A DNA stretch of 64,000 bases from an uncultured bacterium (GCA_964559435.1 CAZLHI010000007.1:13952-77951), one strand, 5' to 3'. Shown: positions 29,165 through 38,065, counted from the first letter of the stretch. The notes: a model not told the origin generated them from the letters alone. A program made the numbers and translations.

Positions 29165-30061
29165 CTACTTCCCAGCGACCACAGGGTTTCTGAGCACCCC
29201 GATCTTCTCCACCTCGGCCTCCATGACATCGCCCGGCTTGATGGCAGAGATGCCGGAGGGAGTCCCTGTCGATATGATGTCGCCGGGTTCGAGGGTGAGA
29301 CAACGGCTGAGGCGAGATATGAGCTCCGGTATGTCGAAAATGAGGTCCCTCGTGTTGCTTCTCTGACGGACCTCACCATTGACCCGCATAGAGAGGCAGA
29401 GCTCGGCCGGTTCCTCAATCTCATCCGGCAAGGTGATACACGGCCCCATCGGCGCAAACGTATCGAAGCTCTTGCTGAGGAACCAGGGGCGGGAGGCGGC
29501 CATGTCGCGCGACTGCATGTCGCGGGCCGTCACGTCGTTCAACACAGTGTAGCCTGCGATGTGCTCGGCCGCCTTGCGGCGGGAGATGTTCCTGCCGCCC
29601 TTTCCAATGATCGCCGCCAGCTCGACCTCGTGATCGACTCGGCCGACTCCCTTCGGGCAGACAACCGGCTCGTCCGGGCCGACCACAGCGGTCGACGCCT
29701 TCACGAAGAAGATGGGCTCCTTTGGGGCCTCTTTCCCTGTCTCGGCCGCGTGGGCGGCGTAGTTCAACCCCAAAGCGATGATCCGGGGAGGCCGCGGCAG
29801 CGGCGCCAGTAGCCGGCAGTCCTCGACGCTCCTCTCCTTGCTGAGCTGATGCTCTTTCACAAAGGCACGCACCGAGGCGAAGGTCTCCACAGTGAACATC
29901 CCCGCCCGCAGCATTCCCAGCACGGAGCAGCCGTCCGGCCCGCCTGACAGATCATTCGCAAGGCAATAGAGGCCGTAGGCGCGAGTGAAGTCGAAGATAG
30001 ATCCTCCTTCCAGCAAGCCAACGACCTCGTAGTCATCAACACGGAAAGTAACAACCTTCAT
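29165..30061 (-). CDS. fumarylacetoacetate hydrolase (FAH) family protein
   Basis: FAH C-terminal domain pattern (PIFFVKASTAVVGPDEPV, DHEVELAAIIGK, GDVISTGTPSG). Confidence 0.8.
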   Translation of the reverse strand: MKVVTFRVDDYEVVGLLEGGSIFDFTRAYGLYCLANDLSGGPDGCSVLGMLRAGMFTVETFASVRAFVKEHQLSKERSVEDCRLLAPLPRPPRIIALGLNYAAHAAETGKEAPKEPIFFVKASTAVVGPDEPVVCPKGVGRVDHEVELAAIIGKGGRNISRRKAAEHIAGYTVLNDVTARDMQSRDMAASRPWFLSKSFDTFAPMGPCITLPDEIEEPAELCLSMRVNGEVRQRSNTRDLIFDIPELISRLSRCLTLEPGDIISTGTPSGISAIKPGDVMEAEVEKIGVLRNPVVAGK

Positions 30062-30076
30062 TGCGCCGCTCTAACG

Positions 30077-30460
30077 CTATCCAGGAAACGTGATGATCTC
30101 TATTCGGTTCCCGTCCGGGTCCCGAAAGAAAGCCAGACGGATTCCGGACTCCGCGTCCGTCGGGGGCATGTCAAATTCGACGCCCTGGGTCTTCAGCCGA
30201 GCGTACTCGGCGTCCACGTCATCAACAGCAAGCGCGATGTGCGGATAGCCGACCTTCCCCTCGTCTTCGCCGGGCTCCCGCGGTCTTCCACCGCCGAAGA
30301 GCTCTAGCTGCGTACCGTTGAGAGATACGAAGACAATCGTCCCGCTATGATCCGTGTGGAGCCGAAGGGTCTCGCGAAAGCCGAGCGTATCGGTGTAGAA
30401 CTCGACCGCTCGCTCGATGTCGGAGGCCACGACCGCCAGGTGGGCAATCCCCGTTATCAC
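30077..30460 (-). CDS. VOC (glyoxalase/bleomycin-resistance/dioxygenase) family protein
   Basis: 127 aa, MITGIAHLAVVASDIERAVEFYTDTLGF. GTG start after AGGAGG RBS. Confidence 0.75.
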   Translation of the reverse strand: MITGIAHLAVVASDIERAVEFYTDTLGFRETLRLHTDHSGTIVFVSLNGTQLELFGGGRPREPGEDEGKVGYPHIALAVDDVDAEYARLKTQGVEFDMPPTDAESGIRLAFFRDPDGNRIEIITFPG

Positions 30461-30492
30461 TGAGCACCTCCTGGTTTCTCAGACAACGGACT

Positions 30493-30511
30493 CATTCGCT
30501 AAGCGAGTAGC
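30493..30511. promoter_or_regulatory. operator-like site A: CATTCGCTAAGCGAGTAGC (palindromic core TCGCTAAGCGA)
   Basis: Repeated with one mismatch at 31689-31707. Lies 33-51 bp upstream of the VOC start codon. Confidence 0.4.
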
Positions 30512-30584
30512 CCATCCTGCCCTGCCGCCGGCGAGCCATCGCCCCCCCGGAGGGCAGTCGGCGCCACATGCCGGTCAGCCAGGG

Positions 30585-30660
30585 CGCTTGATGAGCTCGA
30601 TGTCGCTGGCCGTAATCGCAACATGTTCGATTCCTTTGATCACAGGATGCCTCCACTGGT
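30585..30660 (-). pseudogene. degenerate duplicate of the VOC gene 5' end
   Basis: Minus-strand translation ...VIKGIEHVAITASDIELIKRPG* resembles the VOC N-terminus MITGIAHLAVVASDIERAVEF (11/17 identical over the core). It ends in a stop about 125 bp upstream of the intact VOC gene. Confidence 0.4.
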
Positions 30661-30742
30661 CATCGAATCATGTGCGTGCTTCGTTCCTAAGACAGACGCG
30701 TCCTGCAAATCCGCATAGGTGCTCGGACGGGAGGTCGAAAAC

Positions 30743-30988
30743 ATGGCTTTCAAGGCAGTCAAGACGGTGATCACCTTGGGCGCAGAAGACTTGCTCCGAC
30801 TCCAGGAAGTCCTCATGGACGCAGATGGCTTGGAGGCGCTATCGTTCCTGAATGACGTGGTCGGCGAAAAGGTGCGGTGCGCCCAGACCGAGAGTCATCG
30901 GCCGGCCTTCGAGGGCGAGACGGGTGACTCGCCGGCACACTTCATGCAAAAGGGGGAGGGTCACCCGGACACGGGGGAGTCGGGATAG
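30743..30988 (+). CDS. small hypothetical protein (81 aa)
   Basis: GGGAGG RBS 7 nt upstream of the ATG. MAFKAVKTVITLGAEDLLRLQEVLMDADGLEALSFLNDVV... Not identified by eye. Located between the two operator-like repeats. Confidence 0.3.
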   Translation: MAFKAVKTVITLGAEDLLRLQEVLMDADGLEALSFLNDVVGEKVRCAQTESHRPAFEGETGDSPAHFMQKGEGHPDTGESG

Positions 30989-31114
30989 GGAAAGATCGGC
31001 TGCTGCGTTCTGGACCCGCACTGAGCAACATCACGTCAGGAAAACGGAGGCCGACCGGTCCCTCGAGCGGGCCCCGGCCGCAACCGCTCTGCTCGCCCGG
31101 CGGGTAGGCGGTCC

Positions 31115-31465
31115 CTACCTGTGGACATACCGACAGCGACCGTCCTCTCTCTGCCTGCCACATCCGCCGCCCAGCCGCGCCCCGGGGAAGTAGTGGCGGC
31201 AGGCCATCCTTTGCTTGGCTTGCCGAGCCGTGCATCTGCCGGTTGACTTGTCGTAGTAGAATGGCTTGTAGTAGCGGCCCCCGAAGTAGACAGCTACCGC
31301 CAGACCCAGTGCACCCAGCACGGGCACGAGTATCTTTCCGGGGATGTCGAACACGGATGCGAGCAGCCAGTAGATCAGTGCCGCCACCGCCAGCGGCCCG
31401 ATGATCTTCGCCACCGCGGCTACCCACGGCGGCAGTAAGGGTTCCTCATCTTGCGTATGGGTCAT
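31115..31465 (-). CDS. small membrane protein (2 TM), hypothetical
   Basis: Two hydrophobic helices (VAAVAKIIGPLAVAALIYWLLASVF, ILVPVLGALGLAVAVYF). Divergent from trpB2. Confidence 0.4.
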   Translation of the reverse strand: MTHTQDEEPLLPPWVAAVAKIIGPLAVAALIYWLLASVFDIPGKILVPVLGALGLAVAVYFGGRYYKPFYYDKSTGRCTARQAKQRMACRHYFPGARLGGGCGRQREDGRCRYVHR

Positions 31466-31688
31466 CTTGCGAATCTCACTGAGTAACGGAGTATTTGCCT
31501 CAGTCTACCTTTCGGCTAGGCGGCTCGGAATCCTGTTGGCGCAGGCAGTGTCGGGTAGTGAGATCACCAGAACCGCTGCCCGACAGCCAGGCGTTCTCGG
31601 TCTGCATGCGCACAAATGCGGGAAATCAGCGACTCGCCAGGCGAAACGGAAGGAGGTGCCAGGTCTGCGAGGAAACCAAGAATGCCGC

Positions 31689-31707
31689 CATTCGCCAAGC
31701 GAGTAGC
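31689..31707. promoter_or_regulatory. operator-like site B: CATTCGCCAAGCGAGTAGC, plus related palindrome TCGCCAGGCGA at 31634-31644
   Basis: 18/19 identity to site A, and the similarity extends about 15 nt further. Lies 53-71 bp upstream of the trpB2 start, in the divergent region shared with the 31115-31465 gene. Confidence 0.4.
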
Positions 31708-31759
31708 GGCGCCCTGACGGCCGCCAAAGGGCCGCAGCGCCAGAGGAGGACGGTCTGCC

Positions 31760-33130
31760 ATGCCGAGCGAAGAGACGAAGATTCTCCTGAGAGAGAGCGA
31801 GATGCCGCAGCGCTGGTATAACATCAATCCCGATTTGCCGGCGCCGCTGGCACCCCCCATCCATCCAGGCACAGGCAAGCCTCTGGGGCCCGAGGACCTG
31901 GCTCCGATTTTCCCGATGGAGCTGATCAAGCAAGAAGTCAGCATGGACCCGTACATCGAGATCCCGGAGGAGGTGATGCGGCTCTACAAGCTCTGGCGGC
32001 CAAGCCCCCTTTACCGCGCGCACAGACTGGAGAAGCACCTGGGAACTCCCGCCCGAATCTACTACAAGAACGAGAGCTTCAGCCCGCCGGGAAGCCACAA
32101 GCCCAACACCGCTGTTGCGCAGGCCTATTACAACAAGCAGGAGGGCGTGAAGCGCATCGCCACCGAAACCGGCGCGGGACAGTGGGGCAGCGCTCTGTCC
32201 TTCGGCTGCTGCCTGTTCGGGCTGGAGTGCACCGTCTACATGGTGAAGGTCAGCTACGAGCAGAAGCCCTATCGCCGAGTCCTCATGGAGACCTGGGGCT
32301 CTACGGTCCACGCTTCCCCCTCTAATCTCACCAAAGCTGGCCAGTCGATCCTCGAGAAAGACCCCGACTCCCCGGGCAGCCTGGGCATCTCGATCTCTGA
32401 AGCCGTCGAGGACGCGGCAACTCACGATGACACGAAGTACTCCCTCGGAAGCGTTCTGAATCACGTGCTGCTTCATCAAACCATCGTTGGGCAAGAGGCC
32501 AAGGCCCAACTCAAGCTCGTCGACGAGGAACCGGATGTCATCGTCGGATGCGTCGGCGGCGGATCGAACTTCGCGGGAGTCTGTTTCCCGTTCGTGAAGG
32601 ACAAGCTCGACGGCAGAGAGATCGATATCATTGCCTGCGAGCCGGAGTCGTGTCCAACCCTAACTCGCGGGCTATACAAGTACGACTTCGGCGATACCGC
32701 GCAGCTAACTCCCCTGGTGAAGATGTACACACTCGGCCATACCTTCGTGCCGGCGCCCATCCACGCCGGCGGGCTCCGCTACCATGGCGACGCGCCGCAG
32801 CTCTGCCTCCTTGTCAACCAGAAGGTGATCGAAACCCGGGCCTTCCATCAGCTGACCACGTTCGAGGCCGCCCTGACGTTTGCGCGAACGGAGGGATTCC
32901 TTCCCGCCCCGGAGACAGCCCACTGCATTCGCGCCGGCATCGACGAGGCCCTCAAGTGCAAGCAGACGGGTGAGGAGAAGTGCATCCTCATCGCCTACAG
33001 CGGCCACGGATTCTTCGACCTCGGCGCCTACGAGAGATACCTGGCCAACGAACTGGTGGACTACGAGTATCCTCAGGAGAAGATCGAGGCCGCGCTCAAG
33101 GATCTTCCCGAGATCCAGGAGCCAGCCTAG
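31760..33130 (+). CDS. trpB2: TrpB2-type tryptophan synthase beta-like PLP enzyme
   Basis: 456 aa. The TrpB2-specific long form [47 protein letters not shown] contains the PLP-binding lysine. No trpA adjacent. Confidence 0.85.
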   Translation: MPSEETKILLRESEMPQRWYNINPDLPAPLAPPIHPGTGKPLGPEDLAPIFPMELIKQEVSMDPYIEIPEEVMRLYKLWRPSPLYRAHRLEKHLGTPARIYYKNESFSPPGSHKPNTAVAQAYYNKQEGVKRIATETGAGQWGSALSFGCCLFGLECTVYMVKVSYEQKPYRRVLMETWGSTVHASPSNLTKAGQSILEKDPDSPGSLGISISEAVEDAATHDDTKYSLGSVLNHVLLHQTIVGQEAKAQLKLVDEEPDVIVGCVGGGSNFAGVCFPFVKDKLDGREIDIIACEPESCPTLTRGLYKYDFGDTAQLTPLVKMYTLGHTFVPAPIHAGGLRYHGDAPQLCLLVNQKVIETRAFHQLTTFEAALTFARTEGFLPAPETAHCIRAGIDEALKCKQTGEEKCILIAYSGHGFFDLGAYERYLANELVDYEYPQEKIEAALKDLPEIQEPA

Positions 33131-33163
33131 TCCACCTCGTAAGACACGGGAGGGAGGCGTTTG

Positions 33164-33200
33164 AGACCGGCGGCCGCCCGGCCGCCGGTCTCGCCTCTTT
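33164..33200. terminator. candidate bidirectional terminator between convergent trpB2 and HAD genes
   Basis: GC hairpin GAGACCGGCGGCCG-CCCG-GCCGCCGGTCTC followed by GCCTCTTT. Confidence 0.45.
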
Positions 33201-33212
33201 GGACCTGGCTGC

Positions 33213-34004
33213 TCAGAGTCCCAGCGGGCCTGCTAGCATCTCGTCCAGACTGGAGAGAGTGTAGTCCGGCGTCGGGGAACCGGCAGGGGCCTCTTGCTGC
33301 TCCCGGTTCACCCACACACTCCTCATGCCGGCAGCCCGGGCGCCTCCGATGTCTGCGCGGAGCGAGTCACCTACCACCAGGCAGTCCACCGGCCCAACCT
33401 CCAGCTCCCGCGCCGCAGCCCACATAAACTCCGGGTTTGGCTTCCGCCACGGCACATCGCCAGAAATGACGGCGACATTGAAGTAGTCAGCAATGCCGGA
33501 CCGCTCCATATCTTCGCGCGTCAGCCTCCCCGGCGCATCCCAAGGGGAGTTCGAGATGATCGCCTGGGCCACCCCGGCCGCGCGCAGTGCCTCCAGCACC
33601 TGAACGGTCTCGGGATAGGATCGGACACGCGACCGAACTGGATCGAGGAACTCGTTGGTGATCCTCTCGATGACGGCGTCTGAGTACGTCGCGTCGACTG
33701 CCGTCAGCCCCTTCCGCAGCCGGTCAGTGAAGTGCCACGAGCGTCCGCCGTGCTCCAACGCTCTTGCCTCCTTGCCACCGATGACTTCGCCCATCCTAGT
33801 CGCGAACTCACGTGGATCCATAGGCCGAACACGGGCCAGAGAGCAGACGGTGTCACACATCTCCGCCAGCCGATGCCGCAGGAATTCTCGCCACGGCATA
33901 CCTACCGGATAGTCAAGCAGCGTATAGCCCAGATCGAACAGCACCGCCCGTACCCTCACCGCCTCACGCTCCCGCTCGGTCTGGCAGCCACTCGAGCAGC
34001 TCAT
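33213..34004 (-). CDS. HAD-superfamily hydrolase
   Basis: Motif I AVLFDLGYTL, conserved later motifs (ISNS...; GDS..D). Alternative GTG start at 33959 would avoid overlap with the upstream HAD. Confidence 0.7.
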   Translation of the reverse strand: MSCSSGCQTEREREAVRVRAVLFDLGYTLLDYPVGMPWREFLRHRLAEMCDTVCSLARVRPMDPREFATRMGEVIGGKEARALEHGGRSWHFTDRLRKGLTAVDATYSDAVIERITNEFLDPVRSRVRSYPETVQVLEALRAAGVAQAIISNSPWDAPGRLTREDMERSGIADYFNVAVISGDVPWRKPNPEFMWAAARELEVGPVDCLVVGDSLRADIGGARAAGMRSVWVNREQQEAPAGSPTPDYTLSSLDEMLAGPLGL

Positions 34005-34659
34005 CCAATACTCCGATCCTCAGGTCGGGTTCGACGCCTGGGTCCTCGTGTTCCGCGTACGGCTCCTCCGACCCGAACCGGTTGATCCGCACCCCGGTCA
34101 TCCCCACCTTCTGCGCACCAGCGACGTACGCCGGCATGTCATCAACGAACACACATTCCTCGGGCGATAGGCCCAGAAGCTCTGCCGCCATCAGGTAGAT
34201 CCGTGGGTCGGGCTTCATCAGCCCGACCTCGCATGAGAGCACGACGGCGTCGAAGCTCTCGTGAAGCTCAAGCTCTCGGAGCCAAGCGACCTCGTTCGAA
34301 TACAGATTGCTGGTGAGCAGGGTCAGGTAGCCTCGCCTGCGGACCTCGGCCAGCGTGCCGCGGGTATCTGGGTAAAGAAACAGCGTCTGCCGCGCGAGGA
34401 GCAGTGACGATAGGTTGTCGACTAACTGCTGCGCAGGGTCGTCAACTCCCGCTCCTTCGAGTGCCTTCCGCACGCGAGCCGACAGTGTCGGCAGCCCGCC
34501 ACGCACCGCCAGGCCACTTGTGGCCCGCCAATTGCGAAGCCAATCCTCTTCGGCGATGCCCGCTGCCTTCGCCACCTCGATGGCTTTCTCGCGCGTGCCG
34601 GTGCCCTCGTCGTAGAGCAGCGTGTAGAACAGATCGAACACAACCGCGCGGTAGCTCAT
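33964..34659 (-). CDS. HAD-superfamily hydrolase (second, tandem)
   Basis: Motif I AVVFDLFYTLL, TSN..., VDDM motif IV. Start overlaps the stop of the QueG-like gene. Confidence 0.7.
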   Translation of the reverse strand: MSYRAVVFDLFYTLLYDEGTGTREKAIEVAKAAGIAEEDWLRNWRATSGLAVRGGLPTLSARVRKALEGAGVDDPAQQLVDNLSSLLLARQTLFLYPDTRGTLAEVRRRGYLTLLTSNLYSNEVAWLRELELHESFDAVVLSCEVGLMKPDPRIYLMAAELLGLSPEECVFVDDMPAYVAGAQKVGMTGVRINRFGSEEPYAEHEDPGVEPDLRIGVLDELLEWLPDRAGA

Positions 34660-35402
34660 GGTTCCGTCCTCGCGAGCGCGAGCCGCGGTGGAGCCGTCCC
34701 GATGGGGCAGGCCCGCAGGCACTCCTCACAGTTGATTTGGCCATGGGGAGATAGCCGCACCACGGCGGTGTTGGATGTGCTCCGGTAGCCAACCGCACTG
34801 CCACATACCTCGCGGTCTATGCCGCTCTCAGATAACGCGCCCGACGGGCAGGCGTTGATGCAGCGGCTACAGCCGTCGCACGGCGAGGATGAAATCGGCG
34901 CATCAACAGGCAAGGGTGCATCTGTGATCACCGTCCGCAGCATCAACCACGGCCCCCATTCAGGGTGAATGAGGAGTTGGTTTCTGCCGATCCCTCCGAA
35001 ACCGGCCAGCACGGCAGCCTTCTTGTAGGAGATCTTGTGCCGCGGGTCCGAGTCGCCGTATCGCATGTTCCGCGCGATGGCTGCCTCCCACCCGGACGCC
35101 TCCAGCATGTGCACGACACGCCAACAGGCATCCCGCAGCATCGCGTCCGCAAAGGACCCGGCGACACGCGATTCGCGGTAGGCCGATCCTGTGTGGAAGC
35201 CGACCCGTTGGATCGGATCGACAATGCGTTGAGCGAACACAACGACCGAGTTCACCTGCCCGAACGCTTCCCCAAGCTCTCCCAACTCCTGTGCTGGGAA
35301 CTCGGAGCCCGACGCGATGCCCACGAGGTCGGCCGTGCTCGCGCCCGCGAGGCCCTTGATGTTCCTCGCCAGCTCCTCCATGCTCTGTGACTCAGCGGTC
35401 AT
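34656..35402 (-). CDS. short QueG-family (epoxyqueuosine reductase-like) 4Fe-4S protein
   Basis: ...AAVLAGFGGIGRNQLLIHPEWGPWLMLRTVITDAPLPVDAPISSSPCDGCSRCINACPSGAL resembles the QueG core (AERAGIGFSAKN...ITPEYGSYVYL...CGSCTKCLDACPTGAL). It is only ~250 aa, so it lacks part of a canonical QueG. Confidence 0.55.
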   Translation of the reverse strand: MTAESQSMEELARNIKGLAGASTADLVGIASGSEFPAQELGELGEAFGQVNSVVVFAQRIVDPIQRVGFHTGSAYRESRVAGSFADAMLRDACWRVVHMLEASGWEAAIARNMRYGDSDPRHKISYKKAAVLAGFGGIGRNQLLIHPEWGPWLMLRTVITDAPLPVDAPISSSPCDGCSRCINACPSGALSESGIDREVCGSAVGYRSTSNTAVVRLSPHGQINCEECLRACPIGTAPPRLALARTEP

Positions 35403-36162
35403 CCGGCTTCCTCGCAACGAAGAGCGTGAACAGCGAATCGCGCACCGATGAATCGTCGATACGTCGCCGCAGGTGTTCCGTCAGCCGCGCCATTCCCGCT
35501 TTGTACGCGTCTTCATCGATCATCCTCAGCGCCGAGCACACGCGCTTCTGGAACTCCTCCAGCATGCGCATGTTGGTTGCATACGTGTGCTGCGTGAAGG
35601 TATCCGCGCGCACTGGATCGAATCCGGCCTCCGCCAGCCACCACTCGATTTCACGCCGAAACGGCGTCCGCTTCCGGTCAAGCGTCACGGCCTCCGGGAA
35701 GAAGCGATGCAGCGGGTCGCTCAGGATCTGCTCCACGGTCCCCTGACGGATCAGGAACGCGCCGCCCGGCCGCAGGATCCTGTAGACGCCGCGGAAGCTG
35801 GCGAGATGGTCCTTGAGGTGGTGCATCATCAGCACCATGAGCGCGCAGTCGAAGCTGCCGGGCTCGAATCCTAGGCGCTCGACATCGCCCTCCACCCATT
35901 GCACGCCACCTTCCGAGTCCTTCTCACGCGCCTTCTGGAGCATCTCCGGGGAGCTGTCCACACCCACGGCCTCGCACCCCGTTCGCCGCACCAGAGGGAT
36001 CGTCCAGCGGCCCGTGCCGCAGCCCAGGTCTATCAGCCTCTTCCCGGGGCCGAGTCCGCCCTCGGCAGCGATTTTCGCCTGCCACCAGGCGACGTGGGGC
36101 AGGTCGCTGCCCCGTACTTCGTCGTAGACTTCAGCGATCTGCGAGTAGTCAGCTTTGTCGGG
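35392..36162 (-). CDS. class I SAM-dependent methyltransferase
   Basis: Motif I LIDLGCGTGRWT, post-I DSSPEML, motif II FDCALMVLMMHH, motif III LRPGG. Start MPDKADYSQIAEVYDEVRG. Confidence 0.75.
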   Translation of the reverse strand, partial: PDKADYSQIAEVYDEVRGSDLPHVAWWQAKIAAEGGLGPGKRLIDLGCGTGRWTIPLVRRTGCEAVGVDSSPEMLQKAREKDSEGGVQWVEGDVERLGFEPGSFDCALMVLMMHHLKDHLASFRGVYRILRPGGAFLIRQGTVEQILSDPLHRFFPEAVTLDRKRTPFRREIEWWLAEAGFDPVRADTFTQHTYATNMRMLEEFQKRVCSALRMIDEDAYKAGMARLTEHLRRRIDDSSVRDSLFTLFVARKPDDR

Positions 36163-36502
36163 CATCAGTGTCCCCCGAAGTGCATCGACCACAGGCCTTC
36201 GCTCGTGCCTGTGGCCGAGTTGCGTGCTATCCGACTTATGACGTTCAGATGGGCCGACCGACAGGCGTACGCGCGACGAGGCCGACGGCATGGTGCCGGC
36301 TCATGAGGTACTTCAGAATGCCCACTGCGGCTTCCATCTCGGCGCCAATATAGCACACGGCATTGGGCAGGTCAACCTGTTCTCTGCTCCGAAGAAGTCA
36401 CTGCCTGAGCGATCCGCGGCAAAGGAACAGGCTGATGTCGGTTAATGCCCGGCGGAGAACCTATGCCCGTCCCGGCGCGTCTAACCCGGCCGGAGGGCGA
36501 CA

Positions 36503-38065
36503 ATGACACAGGTGCCCAAAGAGCGAGTTCCCAGAGCGCGGAGATTCGCGCGGTGGTTGTGGCGAGTCTTCAAGTGGTCCTGCCGGTTCTGGCTCATCGT
36601 TCTCGCGCTGCTGGTCATCCTGTGGGCGGTGATGACCGCGCGGACCGGAAGGGAACTCGAAGCGGAGCTCAACGCGATCCGCGACCGAGGCGAGCCCCTG
36701 ACGCTGGCGGAACTCGTCCCTGAAGTGCCCCCGGGGGAGAAGAACGCCGCCCTGATCTACCAGACGGCCTTCGACTTCCTGACATGGGGGGACTTCGACT
36801 TCGATCACGGCCGGGCAGACGTCGACTTCGGCAGAGAAGTCATCGACCAGCAGAGCACGAGCATCCGCCTGCTGATCGAGGCCGCGGAGACGCCGCACTG
36901 CGCGTGGCCGATCGACTACAACGCGCCAGCGTACAACCTCACCTTTCCTCATTTCGGTGAGATGCGAACCTTCGCCAGGCTGCTGACACTGAACTCCATG
37001 GTCCTCACTGCGGAGGGCGACTACGAGGGGGCCTTACGGTCGTCTGGGGCGATATTCGGGATCGCCGAACATGCCATGGCCGATCCTATTCTCATCGGGC
37101 CTCTCGTTGGATACGCCATACAGGGAATGGGGACCATGGCGCTCGAGGAATCGCTGTCCCTCGGACAGCCAAGTCGCGCTGCCTGTCGGCAGCTCTTCGA
37201 TCAGTTGAACTCGGTCGATCGGACGACACCGATGCGGCGCGCCCTGATGGGCGAACGCGCGTCCGGTATCCAGTTCTTCGAAGAGGTCCGCGCGGGTGGG
37301 GCTGGTGTGATGGAGGCCTTCTCCGACCAGCCGCCCGGCTCGCCGTTCGCGCTAGGGAGGGCGGCCTTGCTCCTCTACCCGACCGTGGGCCGGCCGCTGT
37401 TCAATAGGGATGAGGCGGCGTTCATACGACACCTGAGCGCGAACATCGAAGCAATCGACTTGCCTTGGCCTCAATCGAGAGATGAAGTGCAGCGGCTAGA
37501 CTACGAACACCCCGCGGGACATGTCCTCACATCAATGATCACGCCGGTGTTTGCGCGTGCGTCCTGGTCGATGGAGAGAGCATCAGCACAGATAGGGGCG
37601 GTGCAGATCGCGCTGGCGGCGAAGGCCTATCGAGCCGAGCACGGCACATATCCGGAGTGGCTGTCAGAGCTGGAGGCGGATGGCTGGGAGCTGCCGAGCG
37701 ACCCCTTCAGCAACAAGCCGTATCACTACCGCAGGGAAGGCGCCGGTTTCGTCGTCTGGAGCGTCGGCCCCAACATTGCCGACGACAAGGGCGTGCCTTT
37801 CGATCCGCGAGCCGGCATGTCGTGGGAGGACGGTCCGTACGACATCCCCTTTGTCTGCGATCCCGACCACGCGAGGCAGCAGGCCGCAGAGCGAGCGGCC
37901 GACTGGGAGGAAGATGAGAGGCGACGCGCAGAAGAAGAGGCGGAGGCGCACAGGAGGGAGGGAGAGCGTGCACGTGGCAGTCCAATTCGTCGTGGCGCTG
38001 GTGCTAGGGCTCGCGGCGTCGGCGGCCCTGGCGGCCGCGTATCACGTCGACGGGGAGCAAGGTGA
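36503..38065 (+). CDS. membrane-anchored hypothetical protein with pseudopilin-like C-terminal segment
   Basis: N-terminal TM anchor (WSCRFWLIVLALLVILWAVM). C-terminal region DPFSNKPYHYRREGAGFVVWSVGPNIADDKGVPFD resembles the C-terminal motif of type II secretion GspG-like pseudopilins. The last ~60 codons are low complexity and overlap the next ORF, so the true end is uncertain. Confidence 0.5.
   Translation: MTQVPKERVPRARRFARWLWRVFKWSCRFWLIVLALLVILWAVMTARTGRELEAELNAIRDRGEPLTLAELVPEVPPGEKNAALIYQTAFDFLTWGDFDFDHGRADVDFGREVIDQQSTSIRLLIEAAETPHCAWPIDYNAPAYNLTFPHFGEMRTFARLLTLNSMVLTAEGDYEGALRSSGAIFGIAEHAMADPILIGPLVGYAIQGMGTMALEESLSLGQPSRAACRQLFDQLNSVDRTTPMRRALMGERASGIQFFEEVRAGGAGVMEAFSDQPPGSPFALGRAALLLYPTVGRPLFNRDEAAFIRHLSANIEAIDLPWPQSRDEVQRLDYEHPAGHVLTSMITPVFARASWSMERASAQIGAVQIALAAKAYRAEHGTYPEWLSELEADGWELPSDPFSNKPYHYRREGAGFVVWSVGPNIADDKGVPFDPRAGMSWEDGPYDIPFVCDPDHARQQAAERAADWEEDERRRAEEEAEAHRREGERARGSPIRRGAGARARGVGGPGGRVSRRRGAR

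Noticed and set aside
30541-30548. C7/G7 homopolymer as a possible phase-variation tract.
   Set aside because: A short homopolymer in high-GC DNA and not within a clear coding frame. No evidence for slippage-based switching.
30620-30660. tRNA T-loop-like GTTCGATTCC at about 30631.
   Set aside because: No complementary T-stem, acceptor stem or CCA context. The segment is instead part of the degenerate VOC duplicate.
36503-38065. Whether the Gly/Arg-rich last ~60 codons of the 36503 ORF are real.
   Set aside because: They overlap the well-supported signal peptide of the 37968 ORF in another frame and look like out-of-frame read-through. The gene is kept, but its 3' end is not trusted.
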